A stretch of 64,000 nt of DNA, taken from positions 320,034 through 384,033 of the forward strand of contig CAVPDE010000016.1 in NCBI GenBank assembly GCA_963702565.1, written 5' to 3'. This DNA is from an uncultured delta proteobacterium (lineage in GTDB: Bacteria; Desulfobacterota; DSM-4660; Desulfatiglandales; HGW-15). The position numbers and the translations under genes are program-made. This document shows positions 49,208-57,725 of the stretch, piece by piece; the stretch's first letter is position 1, and the number at the start of each line of letters is the position of its first letter. Under the pieces are notes generated by a model. That model did not search any database and was not told the origin of the DNA. It was given only the letters and a program-made list of their open reading frames with translations.

Positions 49208-51149
49208 ATGCCGTTAGACAGTAAAATTGCTTATATCGATCTTACCACAGGAGACATCCAGATAAAACCCATTCCTCTCGATGTGAGAAAGAAGTTCCTC
49301 GGAGGCAGAGGGCTGGATGCATACCTTCTTTACAACAACACCAAGAAGGGCTGTGATCCCATCGGGCCGGACAACGCGCTCATGGTGAGCGGTGGGCTTC
49401 TGTGTGCCACCTGCGCCTCTGCGACAGCCAGGACCCACGTGATGGCAAAGTCCCCCCTGACCGGACTCTTGGGCAGCTGCAACATGGGCGGATTCTTTGC
49501 CCCTGAAATGACCTGGGCCGGGTTTAATCACCTGGTGATCAAAGGCAAGGCCAAGCATCCCGTGTACCTCTACATCCACAACGGCGAAATCGAAATTCGC
49601 GACGCTCGCGACATCTGGGGCCGGAGCGTCACCGAAGCCCAGTGGGCCATCCGGGACGACCTCGGCGACCAGGAAGTCAAGAGCATGGTCTGCGGTCCTG
49701 CGGGCGAGAACCTGGTCCGATACGCCAATGTGATGACGGGAATCAAGAATGCGGGCGGAAGGACGGGCATGGGTTGTGTCATGGGCTCCAAGAACCTCAA
49801 AGCCGTGGCCGCCAGAGGGACCATGGACGTCAAAATCGCCCATCCGGTCGAGGCCCTTGAATTCAACAAGCGCTTTATCGAGCAGATCACTAGCGCTAAA
49901 GTCAACCAGACCCAGGGAGCCATCGGAACCCCCTTCATCTGGGGCGCCACCAACTCCTGGGGCGGAATCCGGAACAGGAACTTCCAGTACAACCAGTGCG
50001 AGTATGCGGACGACATGGAACCCGAGCATCTCGACGAAATCGCAACGGAAACCATCGGACCTTACCACATGACCGGGTGTTTCGGGTGCCAGGTGCACTG
50101 TCGGGCACAGTACAAGATTCCTTTCGGCCCCTACGCCGGGAAGTACGATGAAGGTCCGGAGTACACCTCCCAGGGCGCATTCGGCGGAGAGACCGACACC
50201 CCGAGAGCCATCACGGTTCTGACAGGAAACCATCTTGTGGACCAGTACGGGGTGGATAACCTGGAGATAGGAAGCCTTATTTCGTGGGCCATGGAACTCT
50301 ATGAACTGGGGATTATCACCAACAAAGAGACCGACGGCCTGGATCTCCGGTGGGGGAACGATGATGCAGTGCTTGAAATGATCCACCGCATCTGCCAGAG
50401 GAAGGGATGGCTTGGAGACACCTTGGCCGACGGCGGCGTTGCCGCCTCCAAGAAGATCGGCAAGAACTCCTTCAGCTACCTCATCCAGGTCAAAGGCATG
50501 AGCAACCTCCATTCCGATGAGCGGGCGACCCCGGGGCTGGCCCTGAACATTGCCCTGTCCTCAAGGGGTTCCGACCACCTGCGGAGCAGGCCGGCCATCG
50601 ACCTTTACCATCTCCCCGAACCGGTCATGCGGAAGATTTACAGCAGCCCGGTTCCCTACAATGGGCCTCTTGAGCTCCGAGCATACGGAGTACATCGGCA
50701 AACCCTGGCAGGTCTTCTGGCACGAGAACTGTTACATGGCCGTGGACTGCCTCGGGATCTGCAAGTACCACACCACCTTCCTGGGAGCTACCCTCCCTAA
50801 CTTCGAAGACTGGGTCAAGGTCGTTTACTACAACACGGGCCTCCAGTTGACCCCCCAGGAGATCTGGACGATCGCCGAGAGGTGTAACAACATGGAGCGG
50901 CTCTTCAACCTGAGGGAGGGGTTGTCCAAGGATGATCCTGAAAAGGGCGATGTGCTCAACCATCGTTATCACGACGAACCCACAAGGCGCGGGGCGCCGG
51001 ATGTCGTCGGTCGAGTCATTGAAAAGGACAAGTTCATCAAGATGCGCTCTGAGATATACGGGCACAAGGGTTGGGATGAAAACGGAATTCCCAAACCTGA
51101 GACCCTGAAGAGACTCGGCATCGATAACGAGCCATCCCACCTGGTATGA
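49208..51149 (+). pseudogene. aor: tungsten-type aldehyde:ferredoxin oxidoreductase family (AOR-2), interrupted by a +1 frameshift near 50663-50667
   Basis: ORF 49208..50800 carries the N-terminal and central AOR regions up to ...LSSRGSDHLRSRP...SSPVPYNG. The conserved C-terminus (LSSEHTEYIGKPWQVFWHENCYMAVDCLGICKY...) continues in the +1 frame (ORF 50550..51149). It could be a real pseudogene, a sequencing error or recoding. Confidence 0.75.
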
Positions 51150-51171
51150 TGCTTTTGAAAGGAGTCAATCA

Positions 51172-51678
51172 ATGGAACAAATGGGTAAAGTTCTTGTGGT
51201 GAATCAGGAAAAATGCACCGGATGCAGACTTTGCGAGCTGGTCTGTGCGGTGAAGCATGACGGCATCTCGAATCCTGCTCGAAGCCGCATCAAGGTGATG
51301 AAATGGGAGGCTGAGGGGCTCTACATCCCCATGTCCTGCCAGCAGTGCCAGGACGCCCCTTGCACGAATGTCTGCCCTGTGAAAGCGATTTCCAGGGACG
51401 AGGATCTGGCCAGGGTCATGGTGGACTATGACAAGTGCATCGGCTGCCGATCCTGCGTTGCCGTGTGTCCTTTCGGCGCCATGAGCTTCAATGTCATCGA
51501 TCGAAAGGTCTTCAAGTGCGACCTGTGTGACGGCGACCCTCAGTGCGTCCGTTTCTGCGACATGAAAGCCGTGGATTACATGAGCGCCGATGAGGTGAGC
51601 ATCATGAAGAAAAGGGATGCTGCCGCAAGGGTATCCCGGGCAAGCAAAGAGGGCGCAGCCCTCATGGCTCAGCTCTAG
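51172..51678 (+). CDS. 4x[4Fe-4S] polyferredoxin (DmsB/AorA-like electron-transfer subunit)
   Basis: Four Cys clusters are present: CTGCRLCELVC, CQQCQDAPCTNVCP, CIGCRSCVAVCP, CDLCDGDPQCVRFC. GAAAGGAG RBS. Confidence 0.85.
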   Translation: MEQMGKVLVVNQEKCTGCRLCELVCAVKHDGISNPARSRIKVMKWEAEGLYIPMSCQQCQDAPCTNVCPVKAISRDEDLARVMVDYDKCIGCRSCVAVCPFGAMSFNVIDRKVFKCDLCDGDPQCVRFCDMKAVDYMSADEVSIMKKRDAAARVSRASKEGAALMAQL

Positions 51679-51697
51679 ACCCACACCCCCTGTTCAG

Positions 51698-51733
51698 AGA
51701 GGTTTCCGGTTTCGGCCGGAAACCTCTTTTTTT
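51698..51733 (+). terminator. intrinsic terminator after the polyferredoxin gene
   Basis: 12-bp perfect stem agaggtttccgg / ccggaaacctct, 6-nt loop, then a T7 run. Confidence 0.8.
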
Positions 51734-51787
51734 GACCTAAGGGAGCCGGATGGCACAAGAACGCCGTGCTCCGGCGCCATATATCAT

Positions 51788-51816
51788 TTGACACATAAGG
51801 TGAAACTGTCTAGTAT
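51788..51816 (+). promoter_or_regulatory. putative sigma70 promoter of the EutA-like gene
   Basis: TTGACA 51788-51793, 17-nt spacer, TAGTAT 51811-51816. Confidence 0.5.
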
Positions 51817-51908
51817 TTCGCAGCAAAAAAAGCTTTGCACTCCCCTGACCGGCTCCAGTATCGTTTGAATTCCTCAGCCAAACCCAGGGGGCTTCTTGAG
51901 ATCGGGCA

Positions 51909-53339
51909 ATGGGAATAAACAAAATTGAACTCCTTTCTGTCGGCATCGATGTCGGCAGCGCGACAAGTCATTTGGTCTTTTCAAACCTCGTGTTGGTACG
52001 GGACGAGATGTCTCCCACGCTCCGGTTCAATATCGAGGAAAGAAAGGTGATCTATGAAGGCAAGATCATTCACACCCCTCTTCTTGAAGACAAGACGATT
52101 GATATCGATAAACTGACCGCCTTTTTCAAACAAGAATATCAGCATGCCGGGATTGACCCCGCCGACATTCACACGGGCGCGGTGATCATCACCGGAGAGT
52201 CGGCCAAGAAACAAAACGCGCCCCAGATCGCAGAGGCTTTGTCCAAGGATGCAGGGAAGCTCGTGGCAGCTACGGCAGGACCCAATTTCGAGAGTCTCCT
52301 CTCTGCCATGGGATCAGGCGCAACCGCACGATCAAGGGATCATCACAAAACTATTATGTCCTGCGATATCGGCGGCGGCACGTCCAACCTCGCCATCTCA
52401 AGAGAAGGTGAGGTTCTCTCCACCAGCTGCATCGCTGTGGGCGGCCGATTGATGGCCATGGATTCCGAGATAAGAATTCGCCAGCTTGCCGAACCAGCGG
52501 TCAAAGTCATGCAGGCTATCGGTTTGAACTACAGACTTGGGGATCCAATTCCAAAACCGGACATTGAAAAAATCGCGACCAAAATGGCCGAAGTGCTCAT
52601 TGAAGTGATGACGGGCCCTGCGACGTCCCCTTTAGCCAAGGAACTCATGATGACCGGTGATCTGGATTTCTCAACGCCCATCGATGAATACATGTTTTCA
52701 GGAGGCGTGGCCGAGATCATCTACGCCGGGAAGGGCCGCTACAACGATATCGGGAGCATACTTGCAAAGAAGATCCGTTCCCTGGCTTCTGAACTCGGCT
52801 CTCCCGTGGTAGAGCCGATCAACAAGATCAGAGCCACGGTCATCGGAGCAGGCGCTTACTCCCTGTCCGTTTCAGGCTCATCGGGTTTTATGGACGACAA
52901 GCTCAAACTTCCCATCAGGAACATCCCTGTGCTCCGGGTGGACGTGGAATACGCCAAACTGAGCTTGGAACACGTGGTTTCCAGGGTGAACATGGCCTTC
53001 CAGAGGCACGACTTAGTCGAGGGGCAGGAGATCGTCGCCCTGTACTTCAAGGACCCTGTTCGAGTCAACTATCCTGCTTTGGAGTTGTTCGCGAAGTCCA
53101 TGGAGGCGGCCCTCCCCAACGCTATTGCCAAGAAGATGCCGATTATCCTGATCTTTCAGAAAGATATTGCCTGCAGTGTGGGGAATGTCATTCGGCGGGA
53201 AACAGGCTTGCACACCAATCTGCTCTCTCTCGATGAATTGTCCTTGAATGACGGGGATTGGATCGATATCAGCGAACCCTTGGTCGGCCGGCAGGTGTTT
53301 CCGGTTACCGTGAAGTCTCTGGTCTTCCCTGCAACTTAG
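51909..53339 (+). CDS. eutA: EutA-family (ASKHA-fold) reactivating-factor-like ATPase, orphan
   Basis: LLSVGIDVGSATSHLVFS, GAVIITGESAKKQNA, AGPNFESL and DIGGGTSNLA closely parallel E. coli EutA as recalled. Confidence 0.8.
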   Translation: MGINKIELLSVGIDVGSATSHLVFSNLVLVRDEMSPTLRFNIEERKVIYEGKIIHTPLLEDKTIDIDKLTAFFKQEYQHAGIDPADIHTGAVIITGESAKKQNAPQIAEALSKDAGKLVAATAGPNFESLLSAMGSGATARSRDHHKTIMSCDIGGGTSNLAISREGEVLSTSCIAVGGRLMAMDSEIRIRQLAEPAVKVMQAIGLNYRLGDPIPKPDIEKIATKMAEVLIEVMTGPATSPLAKELMMTGDLDFSTPIDEYMFSGGVAEIIYAGKGRYNDIGSILAKKIRSLASELGSPVVEPINKIRATVIGAGAYSLSVSGSSGFMDDKLKLPIRNIPVLRVDVEYAKLSLEHVVSRVNMAFQRHDLVEGQEIVALYFKDPVRVNYPALELFAKSMEAALPNAIAKKMPIILIFQKDIACSVGNVIRRETGLHTNLLSLDELSLNDGDWIDISEPLVGRQVFPVTVKSLVFPAT

Positions 53340-53812
53340 CAGGCAACCTCGGCAGCCTTTTCCAGAGCGACAGCCGCCATCTCTCGCACGTGCTCATCGT
53401 CGGAGATCAGGTAATCTGCGACTCCCTCCTTGAAGGAGGCGGTAAAGAGTTCCAGCCCGTCGAACAGCTCTTCTTTCTCCTCCTTTTCGCGAAGACACAC
53501 GATTTTTGGAAACAGGCTTTCCTTCTTGAACCCTTCCACAAGGACCACGTCACAATCGGAGCAATACCGGAGCATGTCCTTTAGGCTCCTCTCTCCCTTG
53601 ACAATGATTTCCGCTTCCACGGCAGAGGCGGCTGCCACCACCGAGGCAAAGGCCCGGTACCGGGAGGAGTCCGCATCCACAAACTGAAGTTCGCAGGAGA
53701 CGTGCTTCACTACCCCCACACGCAACCCTTTGCTCGCCAGCTCCTTGCAGAGTTTTACCCCGAGCGTCGTCTTACCGCTTTTGTGATACCCGATAATGCC
53801 GACCGCCTTCAC
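53336..53812 (-). CDS. mobB: molybdopterin-guanine dinucleotide biosynthesis adapter protein MobB
   Basis: N-terminal GIIGYHKSGKTTL P-loop and VGVVKH. Confidence 0.85.
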   Translation of the reverse strand: MKAVGIIGYHKSGKTTLGVKLCKELASKGLRVGVVKHVSCELQFVDADSSRYRAFASVVAAASAVEAEIIVKGERSLKDMLRYCSDCDVVLVEGFKKESLFPKIVCLREKEEKEELFDGLELFTASFKEGVADYLISDDEHVREMAAVALEKAAEVAC

Positions 53813-53818
53813 CTGATC

Positions 53819-54091
53819 CTAGCCTCCGGAAAGCATCATGGTGAGGTGAATCTCATCCCCGTCCTTGACCGGCTTGGCGAGCTCGTTGGGATAGGCGCTC
53901 TGGAGATTCAAGTAGATTTCAACGATATTGGAGAGTTTTCCATTCTTGCCAAAAATGGAAGACTCCATTGCAGGATATTTTTTTACCAGGTTCTTCAAGC
54001 ATTCTCCCACGGTCTTCCCGTCCAATTCTACGATTTCCTGACCGTTCGTGAATTGCCGGAGTGTCAAATGAAGATGTACTTTGACAGCCAA
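53819..54091 (-). CDS. MoaD/ThiS-family ubiquitin-like sulfur carrier (copy 2)
   Basis: 90 aa with a TTG start after AAGGAGGG. It ends ...DGDEIHLTMMLSGG (Gly-Gly). Confidence 0.75.
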   Translation of the reverse strand: MAVKVHLHLTLRQFTNGQEIVELDGKTVGECLKNLVKKYPAMESSIFGKNGKLSNIVEIYLNLQSAYPNELAKPVKDGDEIHLTMMLSGG

Positions 54092-54170
54092 TTGTTCTCC
54101 CTCCTTATGCCATCCTCAAGAGTATGCGGCCTGACTCCTTGAAAACACCCGGATACAAGGCGCGCTTTTC

Positions 54171-54236
54171 AGTGACGAGTGACGAGTAACACGTGCCGAG
54201 ATAAAGACATGGAGTTGTTGCTCGTTACTTGTCACT
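54171..54236. repeat. word-repeat hairpin (GTGACGAGT words) between moeB-like and moaD-like genes
   Basis: agtgacgagtgacgagtaac (54171-54190) pairs with gttgctcgttacttgtcact (54217-54236). Confidence 0.7.
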
Positions 54237-54304
54237 TGCCCCTTCCATGTGACGATGAGCGCAACGCCGCTGAAAGGCGTTTTGCAGCATCCTGCCGCAC
54301 TAAA

Positions 54305-55036
54305 TCACAGGTGAGCACAATGCTCACACTCTGGATTTCGCTGCACCTTGAACTCGGTGAACTTCAGGTTCAGCCCGTCGTAGGCCAGCAACCGGTTTGC
54401 AAGAGGGTCTCCGATTCCCACCAGGACCTTGATCACTTCCGTTGCCTGGATGCAGGCGATCACTGCAGGCGTCACTCCGATCACCGGAAATTTCGATTCC
54501 GGCACCGGGCCGCGGTAAAGGCATCTCAAGCAGGCTGTTTTGCCGGGGATCACGGTCATGGCCCGTCCTTCAAAACCGTTGACGGCCCCATGGACAAAGG
54601 GGACCCCCTGGCCGATCGCCGTTTTGTTCAGCACATAGCGGGTGGGTAAATTGTCCATAGCATCGACGATCAGATCAAATCCCGCAGTGAGTTCCGAAGC
54701 ATTCTCCTCCGAAATCGTCACACTCAACGTCTCGACGGTCACATTCGGATTGAGTTTATTAAGCTTCTCCTGGGCCGACTCCACCTTTTGTCTTCCCACG
54801 TCGGCTGTCCAGTGGGCCACCTGTCGATTCAGGTTCGTGAGGTCCACCTTGTCGTGGTCCACGATCCGGAGGTGGCCTACCCCCGCCGCGGTCAGATAGA
54901 TCGAAACAGGGGAACCAAGACCCCCTGCCCCGGCAATGAACACTTTGGCCCTTTTCAGCTTCTCCTGGCCTTTTTCCCCGATTTGAGGGATCATGATCTG
55001 GCGGCCGTATCGTTCAAGCTCTTCACCCGTTAACAT
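54305..55036 (-). CDS. moeB: MoeB/ThiF/HesA-family adenylyltransferase (copy 2)
   Basis: ERYGRQI, FIAGAGGLGS, DHDKVDLTNLNRQ. A C-terminal CLRC...CEHC zinc site is present. Confidence 0.85.
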   Translation of the reverse strand: MLTGEELERYGRQIMIPQIGEKGQEKLKRAKVFIAGAGGLGSPVSIYLTAAGVGHLRIVDHDKVDLTNLNRQVAHWTADVGRQKVESAQEKLNKLNPNVTVETLSVTISEENASELTAGFDLIVDAMDNLPTRYVLNKTAIGQGVPFVHGAVNGFEGRAMTVIPGKTACLRCLYRGPVPESKFPVIGVTPAVIACIQATEVIKVLVGIGDPLANRLLAYDGLNLKFTEFKVQRNPECEHCAHL

Positions 55037-55237
55037 GACCTCTCCTTGCTTTTGCGGGGGCGGTGATTACTTTCCGGCATTGACGCTGTTTTTCTTTACA
55101 CGACAGAACAAGCTGTTGCGACTTGAGCCGCGACGCTCCACCAAATTGTTGTGTTTTCAAATTAAGACAAGTTGGCTCCGTTTTCAAGCCCTATCAAGGC
55201 GCTTGAAAAAAGGCTGCTCCAGATGAAAAGAGAGGGC

Positions 55238-56599
55238 ATGGTCATTGTAACCGGCTACGTGGAAGGGGAGAGCTACGGTCTGCTCGGCCCCCAACTGGCC
55301 GCAAGCATCATTCAAGAAAACTCGATCTACGACTGCATCGTGGTAACTCTCCCCAGGCAGTTTGACAAGAACATCTTCAAAAAGACCCTGCAGGATTACT
55401 TCGGCAACGAACGGCCGGTCATCGGTTTCTCTTATCTCGCCGGTCGAACCGATCTTTTCTCCCTTGCCCGCGAACTCAAAGAAGAGGGCTCTTTCACTAT
55501 TCTCGCAGGCCCCCAGGCAGACGTCGACTTCGGGGGGGAGCAGGGCCGGCAAGATCATCCCCACTATTTCCAAGGCCTTTCGGATTGCTTTTCCACGGCC
55601 ATTCACGGACCGGCTGAGCAGATTCTTCCTTTCCTGAACCGTCCGATAGATCACAAAAGGTTCTCGGACCCGGGCCTCCTCAGAACCTCTTTCACCTGGA
55701 ACGAAGAATTCCTGACAAAGGTCCGATGGGACAATCTGTACAGGCTAGGCGACGCCGGGCTCACTCCTTTGCCCGTTACAACAGGTCAGGTGCTTCAGCA
55801 GATCGGCTGCCCTCATGCGAGTCGAACACGGACGATTGAGATCGACTACCCTGTCGCCTTCAGAAAGACCGAAAAGGACAAAGTGGGCCTTTCCCTGAAA
55901 GGATGCAGTTTTTGTGATGTGGCAATCGACAAGGGGTTTCATGGAGCCTTGAGCCTCGACGCGGTCATGGAACAGATTCAGAGACTCCCGGACGGCGAGG
56001 AGGACCGCAAGATCCCTTTTGAACTGATCAACGAAAATGCCGCTCCAGGCCTTCCGGCCCTTCTGGCCGGAGTTCGAGCGAAGGGGATCCGCCTTTCCCG
56101 GATCAGCCTGACCCTGCGGGCGGATTGGTTTGTCTTGGGGGAAAAGGATCTGAGGGAAACGCTTGCTCTGGCCGGCGCCTTGGATGTCCAGGTTCTCTTG
56201 GGTTCCATGGGTTTCGAATCTTTCGACGACCGCATTCTCTCCAATCTTCACAAAGGGCTCGATGCGGAGACCAACCTGCGAGCCGTGAAACTCATGAGGG
56301 GTCTCAAGAGCGAGTTCCCCCGCCAATGGGCTTATGCCAGGCAGGAAGGCGCGATTCACGGTTTCATTCACCCCACACCGTGGGACACGCCTGAAACGGA
56401 ATCGAACAACGCAAGAATCATTTCTCTCTACGGATTGCTCAACGACATTCTCCCGGAGCACAGCGTCCCTCTCATCATCCATCATGCCTCGGCACTGGGG
56501 GACTGGGCCAGGGAGATCGAGAAGAGAGAAGACGTCCAGTTCAAGCGGGAGGGCTCGACCATAGGCTGGTGGCAGGTGGGAGAGAGGTTTATTATATAA
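55238..56599 (+). CDS. B12-binding-domain/radical-SAM-like protein with degenerate cluster motif
   Basis: N-terminal Rossmann-like region (VIGFSYLAG...FTILAGPQAD), then LSLKGCSFCDV where the first Cys of CxxxCxxC is Ser. The nearest upstream Cys is 31 residues away (C at 55808-55810). ATG 55238 follows GAGAGGG; the ORF is open to 55172. Confidence 0.5.
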   Translation: MVIVTGYVEGESYGLLGPQLAASIIQENSIYDCIVVTLPRQFDKNIFKKTLQDYFGNERPVIGFSYLAGRTDLFSLARELKEEGSFTILAGPQADVDFGGEQGRQDHPHYFQGLSDCFSTAIHGPAEQILPFLNRPIDHKRFSDPGLLRTSFTWNEEFLTKVRWDNLYRLGDAGLTPLPVTTGQVLQQIGCPHASRTRTIEIDYPVAFRKTEKDKVGLSLKGCSFCDVAIDKGFHGALSLDAVMEQIQRLPDGEEDRKIPFELINENAAPGLPALLAGVRAKGIRLSRISLTLRADWFVLGEKDLRETLALAGALDVQVLLGSMGFESFDDRILSNLHKGLDAETNLRAVKLMRGLKSEFPRQWAYARQEGAIHGFIHPTPWDTPETESNNARIISLYGLLNDILPEHSVPLIIHHASALGDWAREIEKREDVQFKREGSTIGWWQVGERFII

Positions 56600-56685
56600 T
56601 GGAGTATTGGAGTGATGGAGTACTGGAGTAATGGTAAACAGAAGAATCCATTGGCCGAACCTCCCCATTCTCCAACCCTCCAGCA
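56600..56685. repeat. 8-bp tandem word repeat (TGGAGTRN x4) with degenerate inverted partner
   Basis: tggagtat tggagtga tggagtac tggagtaa at 56600-56631. The partner ccattctccaaccctccag lies near 56663-56685. Confidence 0.65.
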
Positions 56686-56722
56686 GTTGAACGGTTTACA
56701 AAATCAATTCAGGAGGAATTTC

Positions 56723-56917
56723 ATGAGAGTGAAGATTGATTACGATCTTTGTATGGGAGACAGGAACTGCAACAAGGTTTGCCCGGAGGTCTTTCAGTAC
56801 GATGAGGACAAACTCCTGTCCCGGGTTCTCGTGGATGTGGTCCCGAAGCATCTCGAGGCTCTGGTCGAGAAAGCCGCCAGAGAGTGCGCGCCCGGAGCGA
56901 TTGTTATTCTCGGATGA
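56723..56917 (+). CDS. fdx: small monocluster ferredoxin with CxxDxxC...CP motif (Pyrococcus-Fd type)
   Basis: 64 aa with ATG after AGGAGG. CMGDRNCNKVCP ... ECAP. The Asp sits at the second ligand position. Confidence 0.75.
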   Translation: MRVKIDYDLCMGDRNCNKVCPEVFQYDEDKLLSRVLVDVVPKHLEALVEKAARECAPGAIVILG

Positions 56918-56974
56918 CCTCAGACCGCTGAGCTGGACTCCCTGCTGAACATGGATACGAAATAGATGCCTGAT

Positions 56975-57050
56975 GGTACACGGGTCACGGCGCACGGTAC
57001 ACGGGAAAACCCCGAGGCAAATTGGTGTCGGCCGTGCGCCGCGCACCGTC
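56975..57050. repeat. word-repeat hairpin (GGCGCACGG/GTACACGGG words) between convergent genes
   Basis: ggtacacgggtcacggcgcacggtacacggg pairs with gtcggccgtgcgccgcgcaccgtc. It is a likely bidirectional terminator. Confidence 0.6.
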
Positions 57051-57051
57051 T

Positions 57052-57681
57052 CTATTCCGTCGTCACCTTCATTTTCCACGTTCTCTGACCGGACTTGAAC
57101 GAAACGTAGTCTTTTCCGATGTCGGTCACTGAAATCCCCTCGATCATGCCGCCCGGCCGTACAATGACCCCGTTGATGACGGCAAAGCGGCTCTCCGGGG
57201 CATCAGACCAGACAATCGCCTGGAGTTGGAACTCCGGATCCTGGAGCGAGGGACCTTCCTCTTGACCTGTGGTGGAATCAGGGGAGCCCTTCTTTTCTTT
57301 CTTGGGCGAGGCTTGGTACGGTGAACGTTCTTCCTTCGCAGGAGCCGCGCTCGGAGAAGCCGCTTCGCTGCGCTTTCGTCTGTCTTCCAAAAGCGGATCC
57401 TTAGCCTTTGCCACTGGTTTTGAAGGCGACGGGTTTGACTTCACCGCCGCAGTGGACGACTTGGGGATCAGAAAGGGTTTGTAACTGAACACCACCCATA
57501 ACACCACCGCCAGCGTCAGCAGAGGCAAGAGGACGATCAAAACCTCTTGAGTCGTCCAGCTTCTTTTGTACTGTTCCCGGATCGCTTTCCTGGCGTCGAG
57601 TTTCTTCGGAACCGGCAGGGTCTCACTCCGCTGCACCGACTCGTTTTCAACTCTTCGCAATGCCTTCAGGATTGCACTCAC
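57052..57681 (-). CDS. GspB/ExeB-like bitopic protein
   Basis: N-terminus MSAILKALRRVENE (GspB-like), one TM, a Pro/Ser/Lys-rich linker and a C-terminal FAVINGVIVRPGGMIEGISVTDI region like the T2SS-B C-domain. Confidence 0.6.
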   Translation of the reverse strand: MSAILKALRRVENESVQRSETLPVPKKLDARKAIREQYKRSWTTQEVLIVLLPLLTLAVVLWVVFSYKPFLIPKSSTAAVKSNPSPSKPVAKAKDPLLEDRRKRSEAASPSAAPAKEERSPYQASPKKEKKGSPDSTTGQEEGPSLQDPEFQLQAIVWSDAPESRFAVINGVIVRPGGMIEGISVTDIGKDYVSFKSGQRTWKMKVTTE

Positions 57682-57725
57682 AGTTGCGCCCTCGTGTCAC
57701 CACAACCCATTTGCAGGCCGACGAT

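Noticed and set aside
51750-51770. Possible sigma54 promoter (TGGCAC at about 51753) upstream of the EutA-like gene
   Set aside because: The downstream element is cgcc rather than TTGC, and the GG-to-GC spacing is 9 nt rather than 10. A good sigma70-type TTGACA-17-TAGTAT lies just downstream instead.
51909-53339. Ethanolamine utilisation (eut) operon
   Set aside because: Only the EutA-like gene is present. No eutB, eutC, eutL/K/M/N shell genes or eutR/eutVW are in the window, so no eut locus is called.
55037-55237. Moco (molybdenum/tungsten cofactor) riboswitch upstream of moeB-2, and likewise upstream of AOR-1 (6000-6316) and AOR-2 (48655-48933)
   Set aside because: I could not find the conserved elements I remember for the Moco RNA motif, nor a convincing multi-stem fold by eye. 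Only a covariance-model search (Rfam RF01055) could settle this.
56600-56631. Possible CRISPR or other spaced-repeat array (also considered for 44474-44576, 54171-54236 and 41977-42116)
   Set aside because: The repeat units are only 7-10 nt, directly tandem or arranged as inverted arms. They have no 25-40-nt unique spacers and there are no cas genes in the window.
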